Below are positions 35,079-43,916 of a DNA stretch of 50,090 nucleotides, one piece after another; the stretch's first letter is position 1, and the number at the start of each line of letters is the position of its first letter. This DNA comes from a virus (Duplodnaviria > Caudoviricetes): positions 1 through 50,090 of IMG/VR virus record IMGVR_UViG_3300045000_000015; one strand, written 5' to 3'. The position numbers and the translations under genes were made by a program. The notes under the pieces are model-generated. The model saw only the letters and a program-made list of their open reading frames with translations. It did not search any database and had not been told where the DNA came from.

Positions 35079-36877
35079 GAAGGGCTCCCTCCTCGTTCGC
35101 TCAAGACCACCGTGCGGAGCCGTACGGCAGGGTCGTTTGTCGGGTCATCCGCTCCAGGCTTCGGGTTGCCTATTCGCTGCATCGGCACGGTGGACTCTCC
35201 GTGATACGACCGTGAGTGCGTACGCGTCAGGGTGACCAGGTCCGCCTCGTCCTTGTCGCAGTGCAGCTCCCACACCTCATCGACATCAGTTGCCTTGGAC
35301 GCTGCCCCGCGCATGCCCTTCGCACGGTCCTTCCCAGTGTGGTCAAGCCTGGCCAGCGCGATGCCATCGGCTTTCAAGCGCACGCCGGTATATTTGTAAA
35401 AGGCGTTGAACGTGTCATTGTCGTTCTCTAGCCCCTCGGTCATGCGTGACAGTGTGTCGAGCACAACGAGATCAGCGCCGTTGACCTTTGCTAACGCGTA
35501 GATCTGACGTGCACCTTCCTCTGTGTCCAGGAAGGCCAGGTTCGGAAACGTGTAGTAGGCCAGCCGGTCGAACGTGGCGCCCTCATATCCCTGTTTCCAC
35601 AGTCGCTCCCGTAAGTCCTTCTTGGTGTTCTCTTCGTCGATGTAAACCACAGTGATGGGATCACGCGCCGGATTGGAAACCACAGCACGCCCCAGCGCCA
35701 ACGCGGGTACAAGCTCATGCATCAGGAGAGACTTGCCGGCCTTGGGATCGGAGTACACAGCTATCTGCCGCCCGCGCTCCAAGAGCGGCTCCACCAACCA
35801 CTCCGGTTCCAAGTCCTCTTCGGTCCACAGTGCTGCCCAGTCAATGCGCGCGCCCGCGAACCGCTCCGCAATCTCGGCGAGCTTGGAGGGAGTGTCCTTG
35901 ACCAGGCGCCGGAGCGCTGCCTTGGCGGCCTTGCTGTCCCCATCAAAGTTGAGCTGTGTCCAAACCTTGAACTTTGTGAGCCGCTGGTTCGGCCCGGTGG
36001 GTAGTCCCCACGACGCGGAGAAGTTGACCAGCACGGGTACGCCGTACGGGTCGGTGACGAACGAGTGTCCCTCGCGCGGGTCTTTGCCCGGTCGCTGCCA
36101 GAGGGCAGCGCCGTCCGTTTCCCGCGTGCCCACCTTCTTGCAGCCGTGCGGCTCTAGGATGTCCTCCCAGGAGCCCAGGGGGTCATCCGTAGGTGAGAGC
36201 CCGTGCTCGGCGTAAACGTCCTCCAAGGGCGTGCCCAGAGCCGCTAGCTCCGTCGTTGAATGTCGTGGTCCGCCGTTGCTGTGCAGTGTGACCGGGCGTG
36301 CCTCGTCTAGCTTGTGGTTCTCCGTACCGGGTACCCGGAGAATGCGGGGTAGGTCGCCGACCGCATCGACGTGAAACCCTTTGGCCTCAGCGCGCTGAGC
36401 CAGCATCCGATGCCAAGCTTCGGACGCACGCGCCGCGTCGGTGGGATCATCGAACACCCAAGGCTCGGCGAACTTCCACCAAACCTGAAGGCCGCCGCCG
36501 GAGTGCACGACGGCAGACGGCTCCGGGAGACCCTGAAGGACGGACAGGGCAGCTGCCTCGTCCGGTGGGTTGGGTAGCTCCGCGGGCTTGTGCCCCGCGG
36601 TGCCCACGTCGAGATCCATCCAGAAACCCGGAATGGACTGGACCGTCTTGCCGGAGCCACGCCCCGACTCCGGTATCCGCTTGTGGGTGGCCACGGACAC
36701 GTACAGGTCATGGGTAGCGGCGTGGTGCTCGATCGTTCTAGCTGCCCTGGCCAAGCTCTTTGGGTCCGTCCCGTACCAGACTGTGCGGACCGGGCGTCCA
36801 TTCTTGAAGGGCGTCAGTGCAAAGAAACCGGGGCTTCCTTTGTAGAGGAAGTCAAGCCACTCACGGACTACGCTCAC
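35075..36877 (-). CDS. Primase-helicase (RepB-like primase plus AAA/RecA-like helicase)
   Basis: MDLD, HSGGGLQVWW, RILRVPGT N-terminus; PKAGKS Walker A, YIDEEN, VVLDTL. Confidence 0.88.
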   Translation of the reverse strand: MSVVREWLDFLYKGSPGFFALTPFKNGRPVRTVWYGTDPKSLARAARTIEHHAATHDLYVSVATHKRIPESGRGSGKTVQSIPGFWMDLDVGTAGHKPAELPNPPDEAAALSVLQGLPEPSAVVHSGGGLQVWWKFAEPWVFDDPTDAARASEAWHRMLAQRAEAKGFHVDAVGDLPRILRVPGTENHKLDEARPVTLHSNGGPRHSTTELAALGTPLEDVYAEHGLSPTDDPLGSWEDILEPHGCKKVGTRETDGAALWQRPGKDPREGHSFVTDPYGVPVLVNFSASWGLPTGPNQRLTKFKVWTQLNFDGDSKAAKAALRRLVKDTPSKLAEIAERFAGARIDWAALWTEEDLEPEWLVEPLLERGRQIAVYSDPKAGKSLLMHELVPALALGRAVVSNPARDPITVVYIDEENTKKDLRERLWKQGYEGATFDRLAYYTFPNLAFLDTEEGARQIYALAKVNGADLVVLDTLSRMTEGLENDNDTFNAFYKYTGVRLKADGIALARLDHTGKDRAKGMRGAASKATDVDEVWELHCDKDEADLVTLTRTHSRSYHGESTVPMQRIGNPKPGADDPTNDPAVRLRTVVLSERGGSPS

Positions 36878-36894
36878 GGCTCACTCCCAGCTCT

Positions 36895-37086
36895 TTAGTT
36901 GTCCGATGGTGCCTCACTAGGATGATCAACGACGTTCAAGATGGCAGTTGCCAGTCGGTAGAACGCTGTGTCGAGCGTGCTCGACGGAAGGCTTCTTTGA
37001 TGGCGGCTAAGCTCCGCCAGGTCCGTCTTGGTTAGCTCCAAGACCACGACGTGTGTCACGTCTCGGTGATAGCTTTTTACTAACAT
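36895..37086 (-). CDS. Hypothetical protein
   Basis: AAGGGAG RBS before ATG 37086. Confidence 0.5.
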   Translation of the reverse strand: MLVKSYHRDVTHVVVLELTKTDLAELSRHQRSLPSSTLDTAFYRLATAILNVVDHPSEAPSDN

Positions 37087-37104
37087 CCTGTCTCCCTTCG
37101 ACAG

Positions 37105-37177
37105 TGGGGATGGCGGGAGTTGCACCCACAACACACCGGATTCTTACCAGCGGCTCTATCTGTTGGCCTACATCCCC
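37105..37177 (-). tRNA. tRNA-like gene, anticodon ambiguous (loop TAAGAAT, nominally AGA)
   Basis: Acceptor GGGGATG/CATCCCC plus A, D stem GGC/GCC, anticodon stem GCTGG/CCGGT, T arm GTGGG-TGCAACT-CCCGC; 73 nt. Confidence 0.6.
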
Positions 37178-37250
37178 TGTGCGCCTAACCCATCGCGCAC
37201 TTCATCCGCTCCCGACAAACTCACCTGATCAGCGGATCTTCCCCGAGTTG

Positions 37251-37748
37251 TTACTTGATGCGCGCCGCACTCTTCACATTGTGATAGGTGCCCTTGGGGT
37301 AGTCACCCTTCTTATCCTTCACGGCGGGCGCATTCTTGTGGAACTCACCGAGATACTTGACGGCGAACAGATCTCCGGCCTTCAAGCCAGCGTCGATCTG
37401 CTTCTGCATCTGCCGCGCCATCACGGTGGAGTAGCCCCGGAAGCTCCACAGTGTGCCCTCGGAGTCCTCACCTTGAATGAAGGGCGCGTACGGGTCGTCC
37501 CCTGGCTTGACGTAGTCAGAGTCACGGGAGACCTTGTCGACAGTGGTCACCGTGACCTGTACGCCCTGGGGGTGCTCCTCATCCTCCCACGGGTACCACG
37601 CCCGGCCGTCATCCTCCGTGATCTCGTCCAGTAGATCCAACGACTCGTCATCGTCGTCAGGCTCCGGCGATTCCATGTCGTCCAGAAGGTTCTCTTCTGG
37701 CTCCGCTACCGGCTTCGCAGCAACCTTGCGACGTGTGGCTGTCGCCAT
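37251..37748 (-). CDS. Acidic protein, possible phage ssDNA-binding (OB-fold) protein
   Basis: Very acidic N-terminus, beta-rich core (GDLFAVKYLGE), position upstream of the primase. Confidence 0.5.
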   Translation of the reverse strand: MATATRRKVAAKPVAEPEENLLDDMESPEPDDDDESLDLLDEITEDDGRAWYPWEDEEHPQGVQVTVTTVDKVSRDSDYVKPGDDPYAPFIQGEDSEGTLWSFRGYSTVMARQMQKQIDAGLKAGDLFAVKYLGEFHKNAPAVKDKKGDYPKGTYHNVKSAARIK

Positions 37749-37897
37749 GCTCAGGCGACGCTCCGCTTAGTCTCCTTGGTGAAGTCTGCCTTCAGAGCAG
37801 CGGAGATCCGGCCACGGGCGCCTACCTTGTAGCCATTCTCCACCAGCCACGTACGAACCTCGCTGATAGTCGCCGGAGCGATGGTCTTCTTAGCCAT

Positions 37898-38431
37898 TTA
37901 CTGGCCCCCTTCTTGTTGGTTGACCTGTGCTTTGTAGCGCAGCGTCTCGACTTGCATGATGTTGAAGAACACAGCCGCGGCGTGGTCCTCGTCTGTCTCA
38001 CCGGCCACCCACTGATGCAGGTGGCGAAGCGCGGACGACACAGCGCGCCGCAGCTCCACATCGCCGGTACCCTTTTCCCAGTTACGATCGCCGTACTTCT
38101 CTGCCCCGCGGGCCATAAGCTCCGCGCACCGCGTGAGGTACTGGGCGCTGTACGGAACCCCCTCAGGCCAGAGAAGGTCGAAGCGAGGCTTGCCCTTCTC
38201 TGTGTCCCGCACCATGCCGGAGTCGTAGAACTCACGAGCGCCAGAGTCCTTTGTGGTCCATGGCACGCTGACCGTCTTGGCAGACTCCTCAGCCTTCTCA
38301 GCCTTCTCGATTTGCTGACGCACCTGCCGTAAGCGTGCCTCCCTGGCCACGGACTCCGACAGTGGACGCTGACCCATCATGTAGCGGTTCGGGTACTTGA
38401 CCTCATCCGGTGCGGCTTCATCGAACGCCAT
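37898..38431 (-). CDS. dATP/dGTP diphosphohydrolase-like protein (DUF5664)
   Basis: SGMVRD...KPRFDLL, GAEKYGDRNWEKG, SALRHL, DEDHAAA. Confidence 0.82.
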   Translation of the reverse strand: MAFDEAAPDEVKYPNRYMMGQRPLSESVAREARLRQVRQQIEKAEKAEESAKTVSVPWTTKDSGAREFYDSGMVRDTEKGKPRFDLLWPEGVPYSAQYLTRCAELMARGAEKYGDRNWEKGTGDVELRRAVSSALRHLHQWVAGETDEDHAAAVFFNIMQVETLRYKAQVNQQEGGQ

Positions 38432-38723
38432 CCGACGCTTCCTGAGCCGCGATGAGCGCGCACCGCGCCATGTTGCCAAGCGTGGTCATTGAGACACCGG
38501 TGATGTACGGCTGCATCGCCTGCCTCGCAGCCTTGATCCGTGGGTCGCGGACTGTGGTGTACACCGTGACCGGCTTCGTCACGTCTATTGGCCCGTCTTC
38601 CACCACCTGTGCGACGCGTTCAAGCGACATACGGTCAATACTAAAAACGTAAGCCGAGCCGAGTGCTCTGACCTCAGCAGCTATCTTCTTGCGCAAGACG
38701 TACTCTTGGTCTACGTACGACAC
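38418..38723 (-). CDS. Hypothetical protein, paralog of the adjacent gene
   Basis: Shares VEDGPIDVTKPVT.YT...DPRIKAA...LGNM.R.ALIAAQEA. Confidence 0.7.
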   Translation of the reverse strand: MSYVDQEYVLRKKIAAEVRALGSAYVFSIDRMSLERVAQVVEDGPIDVTKPVTVYTTVRDPRIKAARQAMQPYITGVSMTTLGNMARCALIAAQEASDGVR

Positions 38724-39179
38724 TTACTGGACCGCTTCCTGAGCCGCGATGAGCGCACGCCGCACCATGTTGCCAAGCCCGGTCTCTTCCATGGCTGTAT
38801 AAGGGCGCGCTGCCCGCATCGCAGCCTTGATCCGTGGATCGTGGATTGAGGTGTACAGCGTGACCGGCTTGGTCACGTCGATCGGGCCGTCTTCCACCAA
38901 CTGTGCAATGTGGTCACGTAACGCGCTGGGGGTACTAAGCGCGCTGTGCTGCACCGCTCGGATCTCCGCAGCTATCTTCTCGCGCCAGGCGCGCTCTTGA
39001 TCTCCGTGGTACATAGCTTCCTTCCTGTAGCCACTTGCCGAGGTTTCACCCAACACCGTGGGCGGGACGTTATAGAGACGCGCCACCCAAGCTGGGGACA
39101 GGGACCCGAAGGCGTATCCAAAGTTGGTGTAGTTGTACAACCACCAATACGCGTCGTCCGCAAAAGTCACGGCAGCCAT
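38724..39179 (-). CDS. Hypothetical protein, paralog with N-terminal extension (internal start at 39014)
   Basis: Same shared motif; strong RBS before ATG 39014. Confidence 0.7.
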   Translation of the reverse strand: MAAVTFADDAYWWLYNYTNFGYAFGSLSPAWVARLYNVPPTVLGETSASGYRKEAMYHGDQERAWREKIAAEIRAVQHSALSTPSALRDHIAQLVEDGPIDVTKPVTLYTSIHDPRIKAAMRAARPYTAMEETGLGNMVRRALIAAQEAVQ

Positions 39180-39502
39180 GACTCAGCCTCAGCATGCCGC
39201 GCACGGTCATCCACATAGATGGCGTAGAGCGGCTTTCCACATTGGATCTCCCGGAACGGCATGGCGTAGTGCTCTAGCCACGCCTCGATAGCCTCGTAGT
39301 CGGTCCAGGCTCGCGACGTGTGAATGATGGGCTTGAAGCCTGCCGCGCTCAGCTCCCTGAGTTTCCACACGTTGTCCCAGATCGGCTCACCTATCTCCGC
39401 GGTGGGGTTGCTGGGCGTCCACACAGGCTTAGCCAGCGTGCCGTCTAGGTCTACCCCTGCCCAGATCAGCCGGTCACGCGGTGGGACCTTAGGCGGCTGC
39501 AT
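39167..39502 (-). CDS. HAD-superfamily phosphatase-like protein
   Basis: VDLDGTLA, HTSR, GKP, YVDDR motifs. Confidence 0.8.
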   Translation of the reverse strand: MQPPKVPPRDRLIWAGVDLDGTLAKPVWTPSNPTAEIGEPIWDNVWKLRELSAAGFKPIIHTSRAWTDYEAIEAWLEHYAMPFREIQCGKPLYAIYVDDRARHAEAESWLP

Positions 39503-39683
39503 CTTCCCGGTCCTCCGTGGGCACGGCGTGATGCACCGCGGCGAACTTGGCGGCCAGTGCCTTCTTGCGCGCGACTTCCGCCAACCGCTCCGCTTCCTTG
39601 CGAGCTACGGCGCGCTCCTTGCGGTGCAGTCCCATGAGCGCGCCGTAGCTCTTTTGGTCGATGAGGTGTCGTAGTTGTGTCAT
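39489..39683 (-). CDS. Hypothetical protein
   Basis: Coupled starts/stops, RBS. Confidence 0.55.
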   Translation of the reverse strand: MTQLRHLIDQKSYGALMGLHRKERAVARKEAERLAEVARKKALAAKFAAVHHAVPTEDREDAAA

Positions 39684-40075
39684 CTCTCCCCCTGTAGTAC
39701 GCCGCGTGCTGGCGGGTTGGCCAGGTAGCCAACGGCACGCAAAAAGAACCCTGGGTCATCCCTCGCCAAGCCCAGGGTGTTGTTACACGGACGGCAGAGA
39801 AGCCCCCGTACCTCGCCGGTCCCATGGTTGTGGTCAACGCTCAGCCGTCTACTAGCCCCCGTTGCTCGCTGGCAGATAGCACAGCGCCTCCCCTGTGCCT
39901 CGTAGACCGCTTGGTATTCCTCTTCGCTTATCCCGTAGGTGGCTTCGATCCGCTGGCCGTGCGCGCGTTCTGAGCGGGCGCGCTTGGCTGCCCGGTGGCA
40001 GGCGAGGCACCGTGGCCCGGGGTAGTCGAGCTTCCGTGTCGTGGAGCCACAGTCCCTACAGCTTCTTGGCTTCAC
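39680..40075 (-). CDS. Endonuclease VII (Holliday junction resolvase-like)
   Basis: YGIS...Q..RCAIC...LSVDHNH..GEVRGLLC..CN..LG. Confidence 0.9.
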   Translation of the reverse strand: MKPRSCRDCGSTTRKLDYPGPRCLACHRAAKRARSERAHGQRIEATYGISEEEYQAVYEAQGRRCAICQRATGASRRLSVDHNHGTGEVRGLLCRPCNNTLGLARDDPGFFLRAVGYLANPPARGVLQGER

Positions 40076-40176
40076 GCCTTAGCCGCCAACGCTCGCGCAT
40101 GGTCCACGTGCCGCTGACTAGCGAGAAGAATTCGTCGTAGATCCTCCATGGCCAGGCTTTGCAGACCGGGCACGCC

Positions 40177-40515
40177 TTACGGTGACACCATGTCGGTTGA
40201 CTGCCCCGCATGGGTGCTTCTCGCTGTCCGGAGCGCTTCCCAGATGGCCGCTCGCTCGCCTGCCGCCAGTGCTCCGAACCCCTCCGCTACATACACGTTG
40301 TCGGTTGGCGCGACTTTCCGACCGCGGAAGTCACTGGCGTTCAGAATAGGGACCACGTAGCCATGCCAACCGCGCTCCTCAGCGAAGACGCGTGCTGACT
40401 GCTCCGTAGGTGCAAGGATGTAGGTCGTCAAACGTGGCTCCATTCTGGCTCGCACGGGATGATTTCGTCTGGCCGGAGGGCCAGCTGCACGGACACGACA
40501 GCCGTCCCCTCCCAC
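40177..40515 (-). CDS. Hypothetical protein (start probably 40443)
   Basis: Operon packing. Confidence 0.45.
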   Translation of the reverse strand: MGGDGCRVRAAGPPARRNHPVRARMEPRLTTYILAPTEQSARVFAEERGWHGYVVPILNASDFRGRKVAPTDNVYVAEGFGALAAGERAAIWEALRTARSTHAGQSTDMVSP

Positions 40516-40688
40516 GGCACGTACGTGGACACCTCGACGTAGCCGCTAGGTGCAACCGCACCTGTGTTGCTGTACCCGAACGCGCCGTGTTGCGGTAGGT
40601 ACGGACCCCCGATGATGAGCACGCGCTGTGGGAGGCACGGTGGCTTCCGCTTCGTCCCGGTAAAAGGGCGTGGCGTCACAGCCACCAT
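40428..40688 (-). CDS. Hypothetical protein
   Basis: Operon packing. Confidence 0.45.
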   Translation of the reverse strand: MVAVTPRPFTGTKRKPPCLPQRVLIIGGPYLPQHGAFGYSNTGAVAPSGYVEVSTYVPWEGTAVVSVQLALRPDEIIPCEPEWSHV

Positions 40689-40867
40689 GCGAGAGCCGTC
40701 ACCCCCAGCGCGAGTGTCAGCGTAGCGACGACACTAAGGACCCGGATCACTCCCCCAGCGCCCTTCAAGCTAGGGGTTGTCTCTATGTCCTTGTCTTGCT
40801 TCGCGATGGTCGCTATAGCGCTGATCGCGTAGAGCGCCATGAACCCCAGGTAGATAGCCAGCTTCAC
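40676..40867 (-). CDS. Two-TM membrane protein
   Basis: Two hydrophobic segments; GAGGAG RBS. Confidence 0.6.
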   Translation of the reverse strand: MKLAIYLGFMALYAISAIATIAKQDKDIETTPSLKGAGGVIRVLSVVATLTLALGVTALAWWL

Positions 40868-41046
40868 CGATACTCCTCATCCCCGTAGTACTGCTCCATG
40901 GTCTCGATCGCGCCCACCACCGGCACGTACGCCGCACAGTGGTCGCAGTAAGCGTTACCGCGTGCGTGGACCAATGCCCCACCGCACTCGGGACACGAGA
41001 GACCTTTGATCTCTTCGCCGTACTCTGTCTCATCTGGATGGTTCAC
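40864..41046 (-). CDS. Small zinc-ribbon protein
   Basis: CPEC...CDHC. Confidence 0.6.
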   Translation of the reverse strand: MNHPDETEYGEEIKGLSCPECGGALVHARGNAYCDHCAAYVPVVGAIETMEQYYGDEEYR

Positions 41047-41063
41047 TCTCGCGTCCCTCCTTT

Positions 41064-41942
41064 CTAGGTCAGCGTGGGCATGGTCCTACCTGCCCAGCGC
41101 ATCTTTGGCTTCCGCTTCAAGGCGTTAGCGCTGATAGCCGCACCTACCGTCTTCTTGGCTTGTGTGCGGTCCCAGTAGAACGTCCCGTGCAGCCGCTTGA
41201 ACTGCTCCCAGGTCTCATCGCCGATGTCCACGGGGACCAGGGCGGCACCCTCAGGCCGGAGCCACAAGCCAAAGGCAGCCTCCACGTGGTACATCGGCTG
41301 CCGCTCGCCGCGGGCATCGATGTACCACTGTGCCCGCGCGTAGCCGGTCTGCTGTAGTGCTGTCTCCGGCCAGATGCCGGACGCTGCGGTCTTGTTGTCC
41401 ACTATGGCCAAGATGCGCTCCCCGGGATTGAACCGTGAATTACGCACCGACTCTATGTCTGGCATGGTCAGCCAGGTCAGCAGATCCAACCGTCCCGCAT
41501 AGTCCGGCTCGTCGTTCCACACGACGCTCTCCACAAGCACAGGTTCGAACTTGAATGCCTGAGCGATCCGAGCGAAGTGGACTAGGTAGCGCTTCTCCTC
41601 CGCCGTGACGGAGAACGCACTCTTCACGCCGAGAAGCTTGTCCCGCATGAGTTGTTCGCAGTGCGTATGCACCGTGGTACCAGCGTCACCGGCCTTGGTC
41701 TTGGCCCGCTTGTGTGCATCACGGATCATGTCCACGGCAATATCGACTTGGCCGGAGCGCACCAACCCCGAAACCGCGGGAATGTTCGAAACAGCGAAGA
41801 TGGCCGCTTCCTCAGCCGACCAATTGATCAGCGCTTCCTTGGGAAGCATGTTCTTTATGGCACTCACCCCAGGGGCTTTGTCCCCAAGGGTCTCGTCGTG
41901 GTACCACCGGTCGTATCCTTTGTAGAACGTGTTTACCGTCAT
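41064..41942 (-). CDS. PD-(D/E)xK exonuclease (Cas4/RecB-like)
   Basis: PGVS.I, GT.VH, YAGRLD, IVDNKT, LQQTGY. Confidence 0.82.
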   Translation of the reverse strand: MTVNTFYKGYDRWYHDETLGDKAPGVSAIKNMLPKEALINWSAEEAAIFAVSNIPAVSGLVRSGQVDIAVDMIRDAHKRAKTKAGDAGTTVHTHCEQLMRDKLLGVKSAFSVTAEEKRYLVHFARIAQAFKFEPVLVESVVWNDEPDYAGRLDLLTWLTMPDIESVRNSRFNPGERILAIVDNKTAASGIWPETALQQTGYARAQWYIDARGERQPMYHVEAAFGLWLRPEGAALVPVDIGDETWEQFKRLHGTFYWDRTQAKKTVGAAISANALKRKPKMRWAGRTMPTLT

Positions 41943-42247
41943 CGCGACTCACCACGGAGAACACGCCGCTTGCCAGCGGACCTGTATGCCAGAACGGTAA
42001 CCACCAAGTGCACTGCGGACCGTTGCTCACCATCACGTGTCGTCCACCGAACGGTTTTTGTGTGGCCGAGTAGTCCTACTTCGGTACCTGGCTTCAGGTC
42101 CCAGCTGTCCGCGATGTCTCCGGCCAGCTGACCCCATGCCTCACCCCGTGGGTAGCGCTCATCGCTCAGGTACAGCATGCAGACCTCGCGCCCGCGCGGC
42201 GTGAACCGCAGTTCCGGCGCACCGGTCAGTTTGCATTGGAGTTTCAT
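41939..42247 (-). CDS. ssb: Single-stranded DNA-binding protein lacking the acidic tail
   Basis: LTGAPELRFTP.G, AWGQLA, LKPG, WTTRDGEQRS match actinobacterial SSB. Confidence 0.8.
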   Translation of the reverse strand: MKLQCKLTGAPELRFTPRGREVCMLYLSDERYPRGEAWGQLAGDIADSWDLKPGTEVGLLGHTKTVRWTTRDGEQRSAVHLVVTVLAYRSAGKRRVLRGESR

Positions 42248-42509
42248 TCACCCCTCTCCGTTGGTTGCACACGTTGTGCGCCGGGCGCTTGTTGGACAGC
42301 TCCTCACCTCCGCCATGAGCACGGGGTAGGACGTGGTCACGGACGAGGCACCAAGGGTCAGGCCAGCGGAGGTCAAGGTTTATGGCCTCATCGCACAGCC
42401 AGCAGAACGCTCCGTAGGCAGCAATCAGGGCAAGCCGTTCCCGTAACCGAGTAGCTTGCCCTGTCTTGTACGTGGTGCCTCTGGCGCCTCTACTGGGTCG
42501 CCTAGACAC
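42159..42509 (-). CDS. HNH endonuclease
   Basis: CWLC...DHVLPRAHGG...NKRPAHNVCN.RRG. Confidence 0.85.
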   Translation of the reverse strand: MSRRPSRGARGTTYKTGQATRLRERLALIAAYGAFCWLCDEAINLDLRWPDPWCLVRDHVLPRAHGGGEELSNKRPAHNVCNQRRGVNETPMQTDRCAGTAVHAARARGLHAVPER

Positions 42510-42723
42510 GGGGCATAGGCAACCCTCGCCGAAGCCCCTCCGCGCGGAGCGCCCTGAGCTTTAGCGCTTCATAGATCAGTGTCCAGCTGATCTCGCGCCC
42601 GGATAGCTTGTAGTGAGCCAGCCACCACTCGATTTCGTCGAACACCTCCGAGCGCGGCAGGGGTCGGGTCTCTCCGTAGGCCACGGCGCGACGGTAGGTC
42701 TCAGACTCGCGAATGCCTGGCAC
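42502..42723 (-). CDS. Hypothetical protein
   Basis: GGAGG RBS; operon packing. Confidence 0.5.
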   Translation of the reverse strand: MPGIRESETYRRAVAYGETRPLPRSEVFDEIEWWLAHYKLSGREISWTLIYEALKLRALRAEGLRRGLPMPRV

Positions 42724-42810
42724 GCCAGTCCTCCACCCATCCGGGGCGTGACGTGAGCCAGCCTATGTAGGTTGCCCACGCACACCAGAGCGGCCAGTAA
42801 AGACGGCGCA

Positions 42811-43068
42811 TCAGAAGTGCTCCAGACCTACGGGGGGAGTTAGACCCCCGGGCTTTGCGGCAAAGTGTCCCGAGTCGATGAGCCGCTTCTGACGCTTGAT
42901 CGCGTCCTCTCGCCGCGTAGCGCGAGCGAGCCTCGCCAACCCCTTGTTGTGATTCTGCTTGTAGGCGGGCACATCGACCTTCGCCCACAGCTGGGAGATC
43001 CTCATGGCTTCCCTTCTAATATTAATGCCGGCTCCCGACGTTCTGTGCTGGGGAGTGATCTTGGCCAA
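42811..43068 (-). CDS. Basic hypothetical protein (start probably 43005)
   Basis: Operon packing. Confidence 0.45.
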   Translation of the reverse strand: MAKITPQHRTSGAGINIRREAMRISQLWAKVDVPAYKQNHNKGLARLARATRREDAIKRQKRLIDSGHFAAKPGGLTPPVGLEHF

Positions 43069-43556
43069 GGTTTGTCATCGGGCCGATAGGCACCCAGCTC
43101 CAAGCCCACTCGGCGCACGGTGGCCGCATCGACCCCCAGAAGCCCAGCTACGAACTCCATCGGAGCGTCGGGTAGCTCTCTGATCTGATCGGCTATGCGG
43201 TCCAGCCACAGCGCCCGGTCGTAGCGGGCGGCCAGGCGCCGGTCCTGAAGCGGGCGGCCAGCCCGGTCCAGCGGGCGCGTCTCCACCAGCATCATGGCGG
43301 CCACCCAGTCCGCGCGATGGCACGTCGGGCATATGAACCAGTGCAGCCCCTCAGCGTCCGGCATGGACCTGGTGTAGGAGCGCACGTAGTGGTTGCAGGG
43401 CAACAGATACCGGTACGTCGGCACCCGTCGCAGATAGGTCACGTTGCCCGCGCGCTCCCGCTTCCGGCAGGCACGGCACGTGTTGGCGAATAGGGTTTCT
43501 CTCGCAACCTCGTAGCCGCACTCCCCACAGAGCGCGACCGGGGCGCAATCAGGCAA
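43002..43556 (-). CDS. Zinc-finger plus C-terminal HTH protein
   Basis: CGEC, CRAC, CPTC; MEFVAGLLGVDAATVRRV helix-turn-helix. Confidence 0.6.
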   Translation of the reverse strand: MPDCAPVALCGECGYEVARETLFANTCRACRKRERAGNVTYLRRVPTYRYLLPCNHYVRSYTRSMPDAEGLHWFICPTCHRADWVAAMMLVETRPLDRAGRPLQDRRLAARYDRALWLDRIADQIRELPDAPMEFVAGLLGVDAATVRRVGLELGAYRPDDKPWPRSLPSTERREPALILEGKP

Positions 43557-43916
43557 TTAGCTGTGCCACTCTCTCGGCCCCCTTATCCCACCGTGAAGAG
43601 TCAAGTCCACGGGCTTCGTTCTGGGTACGTGGCCTCCCACAGCGCGCGCCCAAGCGTCCCCCTCGAACGACCGGATGACACTGTGCCGCGGACGGGAGAC
43701 CACGCCCAGATTCGCTAACTTGTGCGCTCTACGCCACAGCTCGGTAGCGATGCCGTTACGGCGAAACCGAGCGGACACGAGTACCCGGCGCACCGTGCCG
43801 GAGCCGGCCCACCACAGCACGGCTACCGGCTTCTGTCCTCTGTAGGCGTACAGGCGAGTCCCCCAAGCCGGCTCGACGTGCAGCCGGTACCTCAGGGTGC
43901 GGGGGTCAACCCGCAC
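43557..43916 (-). CDS. GNAT-like acetyltransferase fold protein
   Basis: V.VSARFRRNGIATEL acetyl-CoA-binding motif A. Confidence 0.6.
   Translation of the reverse strand: MRVDPRTLRYRLHVEPAWGTRLYAYRGQKPVAVLWWAGSGTVRRVLVSARFRRNGIATELWRRAHKLANLGVVSRPRHSVIRSFEGDAWARAVGGHVPRTKPVDLTLHGGIRGPREWHS

Noticed and set aside
37898-38431. Z-base (2-aminoadenine) genome system
   Set aside because: DUF5664 is present but no PurZ/PurA-like gene is seen
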